Below are positions 33,595-44,735 of a stretch of 64,000 nucleotides of DNA, in pieces. Position numbers and translations under genes: made by a program. Position 1 is the first letter of the stretch. Each line of letters starts with the position of its first letter. The notes beneath the pieces are model-generated. The model saw only the letters and a list, made by a program, of their open reading frames with translations. It was not told where the DNA came from and searched no databases. The DNA is from Paramoeba atlantica (taxonomy: Eukaryota > Protista > Discosea): positions 124,001 to 188,000 of the forward strand of contig CDRNVI010000010.1 of NCBI GenBank assembly GCA_977017575.1, in the 5' to 3' direction.

Positions 33595-35682
33595 TCATCT
33601 TGCCGTTTCCTCCTGAACTGGTTTGTCCTGAACAAAACCGGTCATTTCCACGGGCGCGTACTTACCACCACTGTGTTTCAAATCGTAGTAGTAACACACA
33701 TAAATGGTATCAATACACACGGCATAGACCTGGAAAAACACACAGGACATAAAATAACACACAACGGCAATAAACACAAGAGGGAGTACCGTACTTTGCT
33801 CGCTTACAAACGATTCCTCACAGAATATTCCCCGCTGCAGGAGCAAATGGCTGCACAGGACACAGGAAAAAACAACCAGCATTTTGCCTAACCCAATCAC
33901 GACCCCTTCCACGGCACTGAGCACCACAGCAGTCGCAATATTATCCAAAATAATATGAAAAGCCTCTCGGGCAGCGGAACAGAAACACTGGGAGGTAATA
34001 CACATCACAATGTAACCGTTACGTGAGATCACTTTGAGAAACTTTTCAAAACAAGCGAGTAAGCATTCCGCGATGCAGGAGAAAAACCGGTTCACGTTGG
34101 GCCGGCCCGCGACCTTCTCGGCTTGTGTGGCAATCAGTCGCATCGCAATGCGTAGCATTTGAACCAAAGCAATGAGTAACGTCCCAAGCGCGAGCGTCCC
34201 GGCATGATACCCGAGTGTCCAGCACGTTGCTCGGGCAATGGATCCATAGGGGAGATATTTATGCGTCGACGCCTGGGCTTCTCTTTTCTCTGGAGATGAA
34301 GCCATCACCGAGGGACAGCTAAAATACCAAAATACGGTACAAAAGGCCAGAATGGTAAACCCCACAGCCGTGACAAACCCCAGTGACCACAAAGCCCCGA
34401 AAAGCGTGTAGACATACAAATAGGGTCGGTAGAGGTCGTCACAGACAAATCCCCCAATGTTATAGCTCTCCTCCATAGTTTGATTGCCCCACGAGAAGGT
34501 TGAATTTCGTATGGAAAACGGAATTTGCACCGTATGGGAACAATCCGAGGTGTAGAGAAACAACCCGACGCCTGCGGACCACACCACAATGAGCAACTGG
34601 ACCGCGGAGGTCACCAGCGACACCCCCACCATCGAGGGGGCCGCGGAGAGCACGCGCCCGCCCATACGAATCATATCACACGCGGTGTCCACATGTCGCG
34701 CAAACCAAAACATGAGCAGAACGTAAACCAACGTGGTGGCCGCGAGACCGTACGAACTGAGGCGCCAGAATTGAGCCGACTGCGTGGAGAAAAGCGAAAT
34801 CGAGGCCTGCGGGGTGCGCGCTGGATTCGCCATGGCCTCTGCCTGGGTGTGGAGGTACCACGTGAGCAGGAGAAACAGCAGCAGCACGAGCACGATACTC
34901 AGCCACACGAGGGGCTTCACCGCGAGACGCATCAGTTGGATGTAGAGCACACTGAGGAGCACACAGAGCGCCGCGGAGAGGAGCAGAACTCTCCAGCAGT
35001 CACAGAGCTCGGAGAGGCCTTGGGTTAAGACTCCGGAGATTTGCATCGCGTAGGGAATTTGGGAGAGATAGGGGGAGAGGGTCGCGGTGGGGAGCCTTTG
35101 GGGCACACAGCGATGGGCAAAGGTTTGGGTGTCGTAGGTGATGGGGTAATACGCAGGAATGTACCACGGAAGAGCGGAATGGTTTGAGTGGGGGTCGCGC
35201 GAGTGACGGGGGACATCTCCGTAGGTGTAGACTTTTTGAGATTCCGGTAAAAAGAGGGCTGAAAATGGGCTTTGAGCGTTGTGAAAAGGCTCAGGGCATT
35301 GACGCACACACAGCGCACGCTGTACCCCTTGGTAGGCCATGGCCAGCACGGTGTTTGTGTCGTTGGAGGAGGCCAACGCCTTTTCCGGGGCAAGCGGTAC
35401 CCATAAATGCGTATTCTCCTCCCATCGTTGACTTTGGTACACACTTTGGTCCGGGATGTGGTTGGAAAACTCCGGGGGTCCGGTTCCCTTGCCACAGACA
35501 TAGCCGAGGTAGTCCGTGCCATAGAGTAGACGGTTGGGATCCCCGGATTTAAGGCTCAGTCCTCCGAGTACAAGGAAACCGACCCAAAACACAACGAACA
35601 GGACAAGAAAGAAAACATCCGTACAGCTTCGATGGGTGACGTAGGTGGAGGGGAGTTTGTTGTCACCCCCGCAGCAGAGCAT
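33595..35682 (-). CDS. Choline transporter-like protein (CTL/SLC44)
   Basis: RSCTDVFFLVLF, DPNRLLYGTDYLGYVCG, YHAGTLALGTLLIALVQ, CFEKFLKVISRNGYI. Confidence 0.93.
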   Translation of the reverse strand: MLCCGGDNKLPSTYVTHRSCTDVFFLVLFVVFWVGFLVLGGLSLKSGDPNRLLYGTDYLGYVCGKGTGPPEFSNHIPDQSVYQSQRWEENTHLWVPLAPEKALASSNDTNTVLAMAYQGVQRALCVRQCPEPFHNAQSPFSALFLPESQKVYTYGDVPRHSRDPHSNHSALPWYIPAYYPITYDTQTFAHRCVPQRLPTATLSPYLSQIPYAMQISGVLTQGLSELCDCWRVLLLSAALCVLLSVLYIQLMRLAVKPLVWLSIVLVLLLFLLLTWYLHTQAEAMANPARTPQASISLFSTQSAQFWRLSSYGLAATTLVYVLLMFWFARHVDTACDMIRMGGRVLSAAPSMVGVSLVTSAVQLLIVVWSAGVGLFLYTSDCSHTVQIPFSIRNSTFSWGNQTMEESYNIGGFVCDDLYRPYLYVYTLFGALWSLGFVTAVGFTILAFCTVFWYFSCPSVMASSPEKREAQASTHKYLPYGSIARATCWTLGYHAGTLALGTLLIALVQMLRIAMRLIATQAEKVAGRPNVNRFFSCIAECLLACFEKFLKVISRNGYIVMCITSQCFCSAAREAFHIILDNIATAVVLSAVEGVVIGLGKMLVVFSCVLCSHLLLQRGIFCEESFVSEQSTVLPLVFIAVVCYFMSCVFFQVYAVCIDTIYVCYYYDLKHSGGKYAPVEMTGFVQDKPVQEETAR

Positions 35683-35971
35683 GGCGTCCGGAGCACGTGT
35701 GGGGGATTCTTCTTATGCAGGAAGAAGATTTACAGCGTTTGGTTTATAAAGGCGATATGGTTTTGCCAGGCCCGTGCTTCATGGTTGGTTTTGCATGGGG
35801 AGGAATAGAGAATAGTTCTAGATACGATCTAGACTCGATAAGATAGAGAAAAAACGATGAATCACAAAATGGACGGTTTTTAACGAAACATAACTCAAAG
35901 ACTTATGATTTTAACACAACCTGATGTACAAAAACCTATCAAGCACTAAAGTAGATGGAGTCTACTTTTCT

Positions 35972-36793
35972 CTAAATTTCAACTGTGGCAGCGACAACAA
36001 AATTGCTCCAGTCCGCGTCTTGAAACGCAGCCTTGTCTTCCTCCGCCTGCTGTGTTTCCTGGTTTTCCTTTACCCTGGTTTTCTCCCTCTGCCACAGCGC
36101 ACTGTCCCAGCAACGCGCCAGCAGCTCATCGGGGCGGCATGTGCTCTGCGTCTCCAACGCTTCCACAAGACCACCGGAGGGTCGCAAAATACGCTGGTAG
36201 GATTCAAACAAATGCCGAAAGAGATGAAACCTTGGGTGTCCATCTTTTAGAAAATCAAAATAGGGGTTTCGCTTTTCATGCGTCATCAGGGCGTGCATGA
36301 ACTCCTCTCCGTAGATGACCAGATACTGGGCGGTGTGTTTCATCAGCTCCAATGTAGTAAGGCAGATTTCATTCCCAGTGGGACTGAAATCCGCATCTAG
36401 ACTGTGGATAAGGGGGAGGGGGTCGGTAGCAGGAACAGGCCGCTCCTCGTTTAGCATCGCGCAGAGAAGAGAATGGGTTTGTGTTTCGGGTGATACGAAA
36501 GATGAAGTTGTGGTCGTCCCCGATGGCTGAGTAGCTTGAGGTGTCGTATCCACAGCGGGGGTTTGGTCCCGTAACTCTTGTTTGTATTCCTCCACTTTTT
36601 GACGGTAGTACGCGTGGTAGGGGTTTTCGGGCTTCAAAAAGCTAAACGTTACGTTGGTCATGATGGTTCGATTCGCAAGAAGCCCGTACTCGAATTTTTC
36701 ACCTTTCTCAGCAACCCTCTTGGCTGTTTTATCGACCGTCTCCCGAGTGCTCGGAGGAGGAAGAATCACGCGGGAGGAAGGGGCAGCGCTCAT
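35972..36793 (-). CDS. SF3A1: SURP/SWAP-domain splicing factor, SF3A1/Prp21-like
   Basis: Two SURP modules: VDKTAKRVAEKG...FSFLKPENPYHAYY and MKHTAQYLVIYG...FDFLKDGHPRFHLF. Confidence 0.85.
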   Translation of the reverse strand: MSAAPSSRVILPPPSTRETVDKTAKRVAEKGEKFEYGLLANRTIMTNVTFSFLKPENPYHAYYRQKVEEYKQELRDQTPAVDTTPQATQPSGTTTTSSFVSPETQTHSLLCAMLNEERPVPATDPLPLIHSLDADFSPTGNEICLTTLELMKHTAQYLVIYGEEFMHALMTHEKRNPYFDFLKDGHPRFHLFRHLFESYQRILRPSGGLVEALETQSTCRPDELLARCWDSALWQREKTRVKENQETQQAEEDKAAFQDADWSNFVVAATVEI

Positions 36794-37040
36794 TGTTTAA
36801 AAAAAGTAGACTGGGTTAAAAAAATCTACCAAATGATGTTTGAGTTTTGTGGGGCATTGAATGTGTCTATCAAATCTGAATATTTCAAAGGTACTGACCC
36901 ATCCTTTAATTACATTTAAATTGGTATGCAAGCCCATAAAAACAAACATCTGTGAACCATAAAGCACAAACCTACATGAAGAACACAGCAATTTACTGCA
37001 TTACGTCTGTTTTGCCCCTTTTCACACCCCCTTATTGCCC

Positions 37041-37559
37041 CTATTTCGCCCGACAAACCTCCGGGATCGTAAACTTCCCGGCCTGGTTATTCATCAGCAG
37101 CGCAATAATCAGCCCATACAACCCCAAAGCCTCTCCAAAAATCAACATTAAAATCATAGCCACAAAAATCCGGTCCTGCCGCGCGTACGCCCGCACCGAG
37201 GTATCCCCCACTATCCCAATCGCAAACCCCGCGGCCAGGGAGGACAACCCGGCCGCGAGTCCGGCCCCAAAATGCATATACCCCGCAAAGGCGGAGTAGG
37301 TCCCGTCGACGCGAATACTGCTGTTGATAATCACCGCAACAATGAGCCCATAAATCCCCAGAATCCCTGCCATCACGACGGGGACGATCCCACGCATAAT
37401 ACGCTCGTGGTGGAGCACCCCGAGGTGGGCGACCCCGACCCCGGACTTGGCAGTGCCGTAGGCGGAGCCGAGATTGGCAAAGACAAGCGCAGCGGTCGCC
37501 CCCATGGCCCCGAAGAAGGCCGCAGAGGGGGGGAAGAGTTTGTCACAGATCTCAGACAT
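37041..37559 (-). CDS. VMA3: V-type ATPase proteolipid subunit c
   Basis: [40 protein letters not shown]. Confidence 0.97.
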   Translation of the reverse strand: MSEICDKLFPPSAAFFGAMGATAALVFANLGSAYGTAKSGVGVAHLGVLHHERIMRGIVPVVMAGILGIYGLIVAVIINSSIRVDGTYSAFAGYMHFGAGLAAGLSSLAAGFAIGIVGDTSVRAYARQDRIFVAMILMLIFGEALGLYGLIIALLMNNQAGKFTIPEVCRAK

Positions 37560-37808
37560 GGAGGAGAAGGAGGGAGGAGATAAAGAAAGAATTCTAAAGG
37601 AATATCAAGAGGGTGAGTTACAAGGTGTGTTTTGCAATACATACCGTGTTGGACAAACACGTCTTGTTTTACGTCCTACTTACGTGTGGACAAGAGTTTT
37701 TGGACAAGAGTTAAAAAAAAATATCATTCAGGATTGCTCTTCCCCTCCTTACGCAGGCTGCATCTTGCACCTTTTGTTAGTAAGAGCACAACTTTCCTGA
37801 CGTACAGA

Positions 37809-38342
37809 CTAACTCATAGCCCTAGCTACTCGTTTTACAGCACTAAGGGAGCAGGGGAACCCAAGTTTGACCATTATAGAATGTACCCAAGAGAAAGATG
37901 GACACCCGCCCGGTTTCTCATTTTCATCATCGAATAGCTTTTTCGTCGCTCTGCGAAATCTTTCCGTCCCTATTTTACAGGGCCTTCCTTGCTTTTTCTT
38001 GCAAGCCTGACCCCCTTCCATTCTGCTCCGTTTTATGATAGAACGAATGGTAGTGCGGTCTCGCACAAAAAAAGAAGCTAGTTTATGAATGGACACCCCC
38101 CTCTGGTGTTGTTTGAGAATTTCAGATCTTTCAATGGGGGTAGTACGGTCAATTCTGTGCGAAATGGGGGGATTTTTATTCTTTTGGTACTCATAAAGGT
38201 TGGGGGAAGGGGAAGAGGCGGACATAAGGGTCGTAAAAAGTCGCATTCGCATTGGATGCTTTTTTTTCATCGCTAAGGTCGCGATGCTGAAGAGTGAATG
38301 CGGAGTCACGATACGTTCAGTCCGACGAACTGTCACTTGCAC
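37809..38342 (-). mobile_element. Truncated DNA-transposase N-terminus (double HTH; Tc1/pogo/IS630-like)
   Basis: ERSEILKQHQRGVSIHKLASFFVRDRTTIRSIIKR...GRPCKI; same architecture as 63203..63556; no DDE domain follows. Confidence 0.6.
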
Positions 38343-38656
38343 GGTATTGGTTTCATGTCGGACGTTGTCTGGCGATCCTCATCTTACCATTTGTACTAAT
38401 CGAGAGCCCGGAAAGGTAAATCATTGCCGAATAAAGAAATGCAAGTGGGCACCTTATTAACCCCCCGTCACGATAAGTGACCATAGGCCAATTTTTGGTA
38501 TATGAGGCCGTTTTATCTAATTTTTGTAGCATTTTGCAGATCTCATTGCCCAATTTCTTGGAGGCACACACTTGGTGCAAATGCTGAACAATTGCATCTG
38601 GTGGGTGTCACTTACCATTTTTTTCACCTTTTTACCACTTTGCTTGATTTGTTATA

Positions 38657-39253
38657 GTGTGTAAACACAGTTCGTGTGGACAATATGGCCTATTAGGCGA
38701 ACATCCCAGCGTCAACGTCGTAGAAATCGGATTCAGAAAACTCAACGAGCGGAAACCAATGCACCCTAGCGGCGACGGAAGCGGAAAAAGCGGCCATCCG
38801 GAATCAGTAAACTCCGATACTCACGCAAACTCGCCGTCGACAAAAGGGAATCATGGCTGTGGAACCGAGACATTTCCGGATCCAAAGGATCTACGATTGA
38901 AGGGATACAAATGGGTTGAAAATTGGTATGTTCATGACCCCTACGCTTTCGATGTTTTTTCGGACGAACCAATCTCCCTGACGGCTGAGCAAGTCTACTT
39001 TTTCGAGTGTGATAGTCCAGAAATTCACATCAAAGAGTTGGAGACGGAGTTATCTCCGAATCCCCGACGCGTAGAATTCTCGACTCCATTCGACGAAAGT
39101 CGGAACGCGACCGAAGTGACTGGAAACGCAAGTAACATATTCTCGATGTCAAACGGAAATTCACAAGTCCTCTCCCATTTCCCTTCGAAACACCCGCGGA
39201 ACTCTTATTGGATAAGGTGTCGGAAGTTAAATTCCATGGATCAACGCAGTTGA
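38657..39253 (+). other. Unassigned 198-aa ORF inside the TE island
   Basis: Open frame opposite to the host cluster, just upstream of a Merlin remnant; no motif recognised. Confidence 0.25.
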
Positions 39254-39440
39254 AGACGGAGGTTTTAGAACAAGAAATCTGATACGTGAGTTGCGGGATG
39301 CACCAGAATTTGGCTTACGCCCCAATTTGTATTTTTCGGATCGATCATTTGTCAAACAGCAAGAGCGTTTTTTGATACACTTTTCTGCAAGTGGATTTTA
39401 TTTGCACCTATGACGCAAGGATGGGACCAAGAAGTGTACC

Positions 39441-40066
39441 TTGAAATGGGAGCTTGCAGCACTCCGCAAAGATCAAGTTGCTAAATACGAGTTTGGACGG
39501 ATTCAGGTGGACGAGACGTTTATCGGAAAGCGGAAATACAACCGGGGACGACCTCAGCGTAAACGAGGGTGGTGGTTTGCGACAGTGACGGAGTCCAGAG
39601 AGACAGGTAAGACTGGGCGGACGCACTGGAAATTAGTGAAGCGCCGTGACAAACCCACGCTACACGGCTTCATTATACCCCACTTGGCAAGTGCGCGTTC
39701 TGTCCTGGTCAGCGATTGTTAGGGAGCCTACAATGGCGTCGACCAATTGTGCCCACATTACTCCGTCACAGTAAGGAATTTGTGAATGAAAGAGGGTACC
39801 ATACGAATGGTGCCGAGAGCGTACACAATACAATCAAGTATTGGGCGCGCTTGCAACACTACAACTTCGGGGCGACTACTTTGGAGTTGCGCTGCAACGT
39901 TGCGTTGCAATGCGTGGAGTATGGCGACACGCATGATGGTCGGGAAGTCTCACGGCAGAATCGCTTTGCCAATCTCTTGGAATGTATTCGTGAGCACTTT
40001 ACATTCCCTCCCGAAGAGTCTGATGAAGTCAGCTGCGACAGTTGCGCGTCTGAGTATGATGAGTAA
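39441..40066 (+). mobile_element. Merlin/IS1595 (ISXO2-like) transposase pseudogene, copy 1
   Basis: IQVDETFIGKRKYNRGR, LVSDC* (in-frame stop), then frameshifted HSKEFVNERGYHTNGAESVH. Confidence 0.88.
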
Positions 40067-40159
40067 TACGTAAAATTCGGAACGTCTGTACATATTTCTT
40101 TTTTTCTCCAATACTCTGTACGTATGCGTTTATGCTATATAGTTTACAAAAAAGAAAAG

Positions 40160-40741
40160 AAAAAAAAGACCTACATGGCTTCAGTTTCCTTTGCCGCGCA
40201 TAAAGACGGTTGGAATCCGATGGAAGCACCAGGCTTTAAGGCTGCAGTGCGAGACGTTAACAGGAAAGCAGGGGCCGGCTTATCAACACGGAGACAGGAA
40301 AATTCATCAGCCCACCCCCTGCCCCGAGAGGACGTCCTTCCAACCCGTCTTTCCCTCCAAAGCTCAACTCTTCCGCTCACGCCACTTCCGACACCTTCGG
40401 ACAGCCTGCTCACCCCGACCTGGAAATTGACCTAGACGTCGACCCACGGGACTGGGATGAACGCTCGATTCCGCATCAGGAAACCATCGTACACACAATT
40501 GCCGAACATAAATTCCGTCTTGCCTACAATGCTGCGGATACGAGAACGCGCACTCGATGGACGTCACAATCCGGGAAAGGGGCGAGTAGTTGAGCATTCG
40601 TAACGCCACCCCAAGACATTTCCCCTTCACTCCTTCAGAATTCCTGAAGCTGCCACCATCTCTGGTGCGATGGTGGCTCGGGGAGAATATTTACGTCGAA
40701 GCACCCCCTTGCCCTGCCCTGGAGGTGCTCCCTTCCGTTGA
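40160..40741 (+). mobile_element. Degenerate tyrosine-recombinase fragment (DIRS/VIPER/TATE/Crypton-like)
   Basis: One frame with two internal stops: YMASVSFAAHKDGWNPMEAPGFKAAVRDVNRK...PLPRE, and FPLHSFRIPEAAT at 40628-40642 (HxxR-type motif). Confidence 0.45.
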
Positions 40742-40907
40742 GCCTTGACGGCGATCACGCCCTAATGTGTAATCACGACCAGACAACGCTACCACAGCCA
40801 GACACAACGCCCTCGTTGAAAAACAGCTCGCACCATCTTTTATTTTAAGACCATCTTCTATTTTAAGACTATCTTTTATTTTAATTTATTTTAAAATATT
40901 ATGGCGG

Positions 40908-42632
40908 ATGCTTCCGGAACGTGTAAGGGGACAGGCTTTTGAAACCCTTACACGGACCAAGCGTGGTCGGGGGGTCATCTTTCGATCACCCGAGCGGGAG
41001 GGGTCTGCTAAACTCCGGCAGAGGGCGGTGCGGGCGCTCTGTAAGATAGTCCGCGTTGGGGCTCATCTTCGCGTCACGTGGAGACACGACAACTGTTGCG
41101 AGACTCTGTTTGTTTGGGAGGGCGAAGTCGTGTGTGAGGGGCCGGCTTATCTCAAAAGCGTAGGCGGGCATACTCAGGGGGGATCCTCGGTAACTCGAGG
41201 TGAACCTTTGGCCGGTACATTTCGTGTTCGGTACGTGGCGAGGCCGCACACGACTCTCCCCTTTCCCCCCTTACCGAATACAGGTGTCGTGCTCTGCGCG
41301 GTGCAGGTGAGTAACCCGGCAAAGGCGAAACGAAGGAGCTCCCGTCACCGCCCTCGGTCACACTGGGCGTCGCGTGGCACACACGCCCAACGAGATTCGG
41401 AGAACCTCAAAGGTTCCGCTGCGAAGGAGGACACAACCGTTGCAACACTTAACGTTACGACGTTAAAACTCGAGGGGGAAGATGAATTCTCTCTTCGAAG
41501 ATGCAGCCGTTTGAACGAGGTGCTTGCTTTCATGCAGGTAAAGGGGGTTGTCATCATGTGCCTTCAGGAGACCAAATACAATTTCTCGAAGGAAGGCCAT
41601 GAGGATGGAATCCTCTATAGGCAGGTTGAAAACCTAGGGGAGCGTTTTCATTTGTATTTGCTGTCGGTCGCCGCACGCGATTCATATAATGGCATGGCCA
41701 TTGTTAGCCGACATGCGTTTCGGAAGGTTTGGATGGTGAGCAATAGGGTGATGGGAGCTGAGTGTCCCCTGGAGGAGGGGACCGGCACTTTGTTTAATGT
41801 CTACATGTATGGCCCTATACGGGACTCCTCAGAAGCCGTTCATGCGGCATTTCTGGGTGACTTGGACAAGGCGTGTCGTGAGGTCAAGGCAGAACGGAAA
41901 CGCAGACCTTTATTGGTCATGGGGGACTTCAATGTACCGATAACGCTCGTGACAAATCCGAGCATGGATCCCCGAGCGGTCTCTCAGCTGAAAGGCCTCT
42001 TATGCTCCATCGGCTGCAAGTCAGCACACACCCTCTGCCCGAGCAGGAGAAAATGGACATGTGAGTTGCCGGGCAGGAGGGCGGAGACAAAGGACCGTCG
42101 CAACGTGGGAACAGAGAGGGTAAGGCAGGAGGGGGAAGAAGGAAAGGTGGAACTGGGAAGGAAGGGTTCAGAGCCAGAGGGGACGGATAACAGTGGTATG
42201 GTGAAGAGGGGCAGAGAAGGATGAGAGGAAAATGGGGACAAGGTACTTGATTTCGAGGTCACCCACGCCCAGTAATCCAAATACTCGGACAAAGTCCGTA
42301 ACGCTAGCTCGGTGGCCGCGGGGTCATTTGCCGAGCACTACGCCACGGAGCACAAGGAGCGACAACGAAGAGTCTGTAGGCACTGTCCCGAACTTCGCTG
42401 CCATGGCTGTTGAGAGCAACGGTTCGTGGAGCGTTAGCGTGGCAGCTAACGTGGCATGCTTCGATGGGTTGGCATAAGGAGGGCCCAAGCCTCCCAAGGT
42501 ACCCTGACCGAGGAAGCGGCAACGAATAAACTCTATCTAGAGCTGAACGTGACCCTTGTGCGAGCCCAAGCTCGGATGATGGTCACCCGTATGTCTGTTT
42601 CCGACCCATGCGCCCCAATCACTGATGATTAG
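40908..42632 (+). mobile_element. Internally deleted non-LTR retrotransposon with AP-endonuclease and RLE-type domains, RT missing
   Basis: APE motifs VATLNV, IMCLQET, NGMAIVS, LFNVY, VMGDFN. Same frame after a stop: DKVLDFEVTH and KLYLELNVTLVRAQARMM; +1 frame: FAAMAVESNGSW. Confidence 0.75.
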
Positions 42633-42678
42633 GGCTCCGGACGATCTAGAGTGTTGATCGGGCGGGCAGCCCCTATTC

Positions 42679-43844
42679 TCACGCCTCACCTTCGCAGGTG
42701 AGGCGCAGGTTGCTGATGTGAATCCTATCTTGGAACGCTCCTACGCCTGCGCAGGAAACGGAAGTTCTTCGCGCGGCGCTCAACATATTCGCCGCAACTG
42801 AAGAGAAGAGTTCGCCGCACTTGCAGCGGAGTGATTTTAGTAGCCCAGAAGCATCACGTTGAGCATCTTGCAGCGCATCATAGCATGTTCTGGGAAGGCA
42901 TAATGTGGTTAGCGGAGCTCTTCTACTCAAGGTAGCAGGCTTCACCCGTCTGCGAAAGGCTTCGATCGTCGCTCTTCTCAAAGCAAACCAGATCTCACAT
43001 TTGAAAAGAAAAGCGACTAAACAAAGAAGTGTATTTGCCAAGACAGGCTGGCTTTTCAGAAGAGGTGTAGAATGCTTTTTTTCTAAGCAGTTGCGCAATT
43101 ACATTCGAAAGTAGTAGATATGTCATTCCTCCAATCAAAGCGATTTATTGAATTTCAATAGATTTGATTGACCACATCATCAAAATTTATTGAGCTTACT
43201 ATAAATTTATCAAGATTGCCTGCAAAGTGTTCTGTACTACGCAGACCAGGAAGAAACCTTTCAGAGCTTAAAGTAGATCTGTGCCTTCGTAAGGTAAGTG
43301 CTTCGAAATTTTCTTTTCGAATACCAGGATAGAGATACATTGCTTGTAAGGCTGGAGAGCGAGACACGGGTGAAGGATGGCTTGTTTGGTCTGTACTAAT
43401 TTGAAGATCTTTAGATTTCGTGTCCGTATCAATCACACTTGACGTGGTACTAGACGTGGTACGAGAAGCGGGAATAATAGTGTCTATTGCATTGAGTTCA
43501 GATCTATCGTCGTCTTCAATTTGAGCCTCTGATAACAGTGGCAACTGCGCTTCAGATCGTTGAAGATATTTTTTATTTAACTCAGAGAAAAGTTGGCAGC
43601 GAAATTCCTTCATCCGCTGATCTATAGCTTTTAACAAACAGGAGTGATCAATTTCTGTTTCACAGCTCTTAGCTTGCGAGGAAGAGCCAGAGTTCAAGCC
43701 AGAATATTCTCTATTCTCATAAGAGTTCTCACAAGAATTTTCCGAACGTACAAGTCCATTCGAATCGTTCGACCACGTGTTTTCAGTAGAGAGCTTATCT
43801 TGTAGCTCAAATTTTTGCTTGTCAATGCCTTGCTCCATAATCAT
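42679..43844 (-). mobile_element. Possible degenerate gag-like ORF1 of a YR retroelement (two broken ORFs)
   Basis: ORFs 43155..43844 and 42679..43098 lie inside the TE island; WFALRRATIEAFRRRV weakly recalls DIRS/Ngaro gag. Weak assignment. Confidence 0.25.
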
Positions 43845-44327
43845 GCATGCAATAATGATAGCTTCAAAAAAAAATCAAAGTTCAAGAGGCTTTCAAATTA
43901 AGAAAAATATTTACAGATCACAATCTACAAGGATTATAAATTTAGAAAAAAACGACAATTGCACTTCTATTCATTTTCCAGTTTGTCAAGTCGAGCAAAA
44001 AGATTGTCTTCTTAGATGTAGATATGGTCAGGACAGATAAAAGCTGCATACTGGTGCGCTTAAATAAAAAAATCGGGTACGTCTCTACTTCGTTGAATAT
44101 TCAACGAAGTGCCGGCGCTTCGTTGAACCATTCATTTCTCCCCCATTTTACGCCCCAAAAGCGAGTTTGCTCAAGGAATTCTCATGGTGTTCTTCTCAAC
44201 GCCTGTTCTTATGCCTTGCCAGGGAAGATTAAAGAACACCAAAGGATACTTCTTGTGGCCGACTTCGAGAAAACACAGTCTTATTCCCGGACTTACCAAA
44301 GTGTTTGGGTCCACTAGGGAACTGTGA

Positions 44328-44460
44328 AACTCTGGGTGGAACGATTCATGTTTTTACGATAAACTTCAGACAAAAAACAAAGATAAATTTGATAATAAGT
44401 TAAAGAACTTCAGAAAACGTTGTAGAATCATCGTAGAAAAGAAGGGTGTATATTGGACCC
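44328..44460 (+). mobile_element. Short Tc1/IS630-type transposase C-terminal remnant
   Basis: W...DKFDNKLKNFRKRCRIIVEKKGVY resembles the 'S(M/F)PRR..AVI.AKG' terminus. Confidence 0.35.
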
Positions 44461-44735
44461 CATGCATACCGCCACAGCAAGCCAGTGTCAACTTGTGCCA
44501 GCCAGTGCCAGCCACAACGGCCCTTTTTCTAGGGGACCGGAAATGGTTGACTGGCGGAACGTGTGTTTTTTGTGGCCTGCGACTCAACACGGGGTGATAA
44601 AATTAAAAATTCTGTGCCAGCCAGTGCCAGCCACACTTGCATGGGCTCCCACTTGCATTGTGGATGCTACACGGGTTTTAAAATAATGTTTCCTAAAAAT
44701 ATCTGAGATTTTTTATTATTTCTTTAAGTGGCAAT

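Noticed and set aside
38457-38472. TTAA|CCCCCC resembling a piggyBac end
   Set aside because: No matching GGG|TTAA end and no piggyBac transposase motif found.
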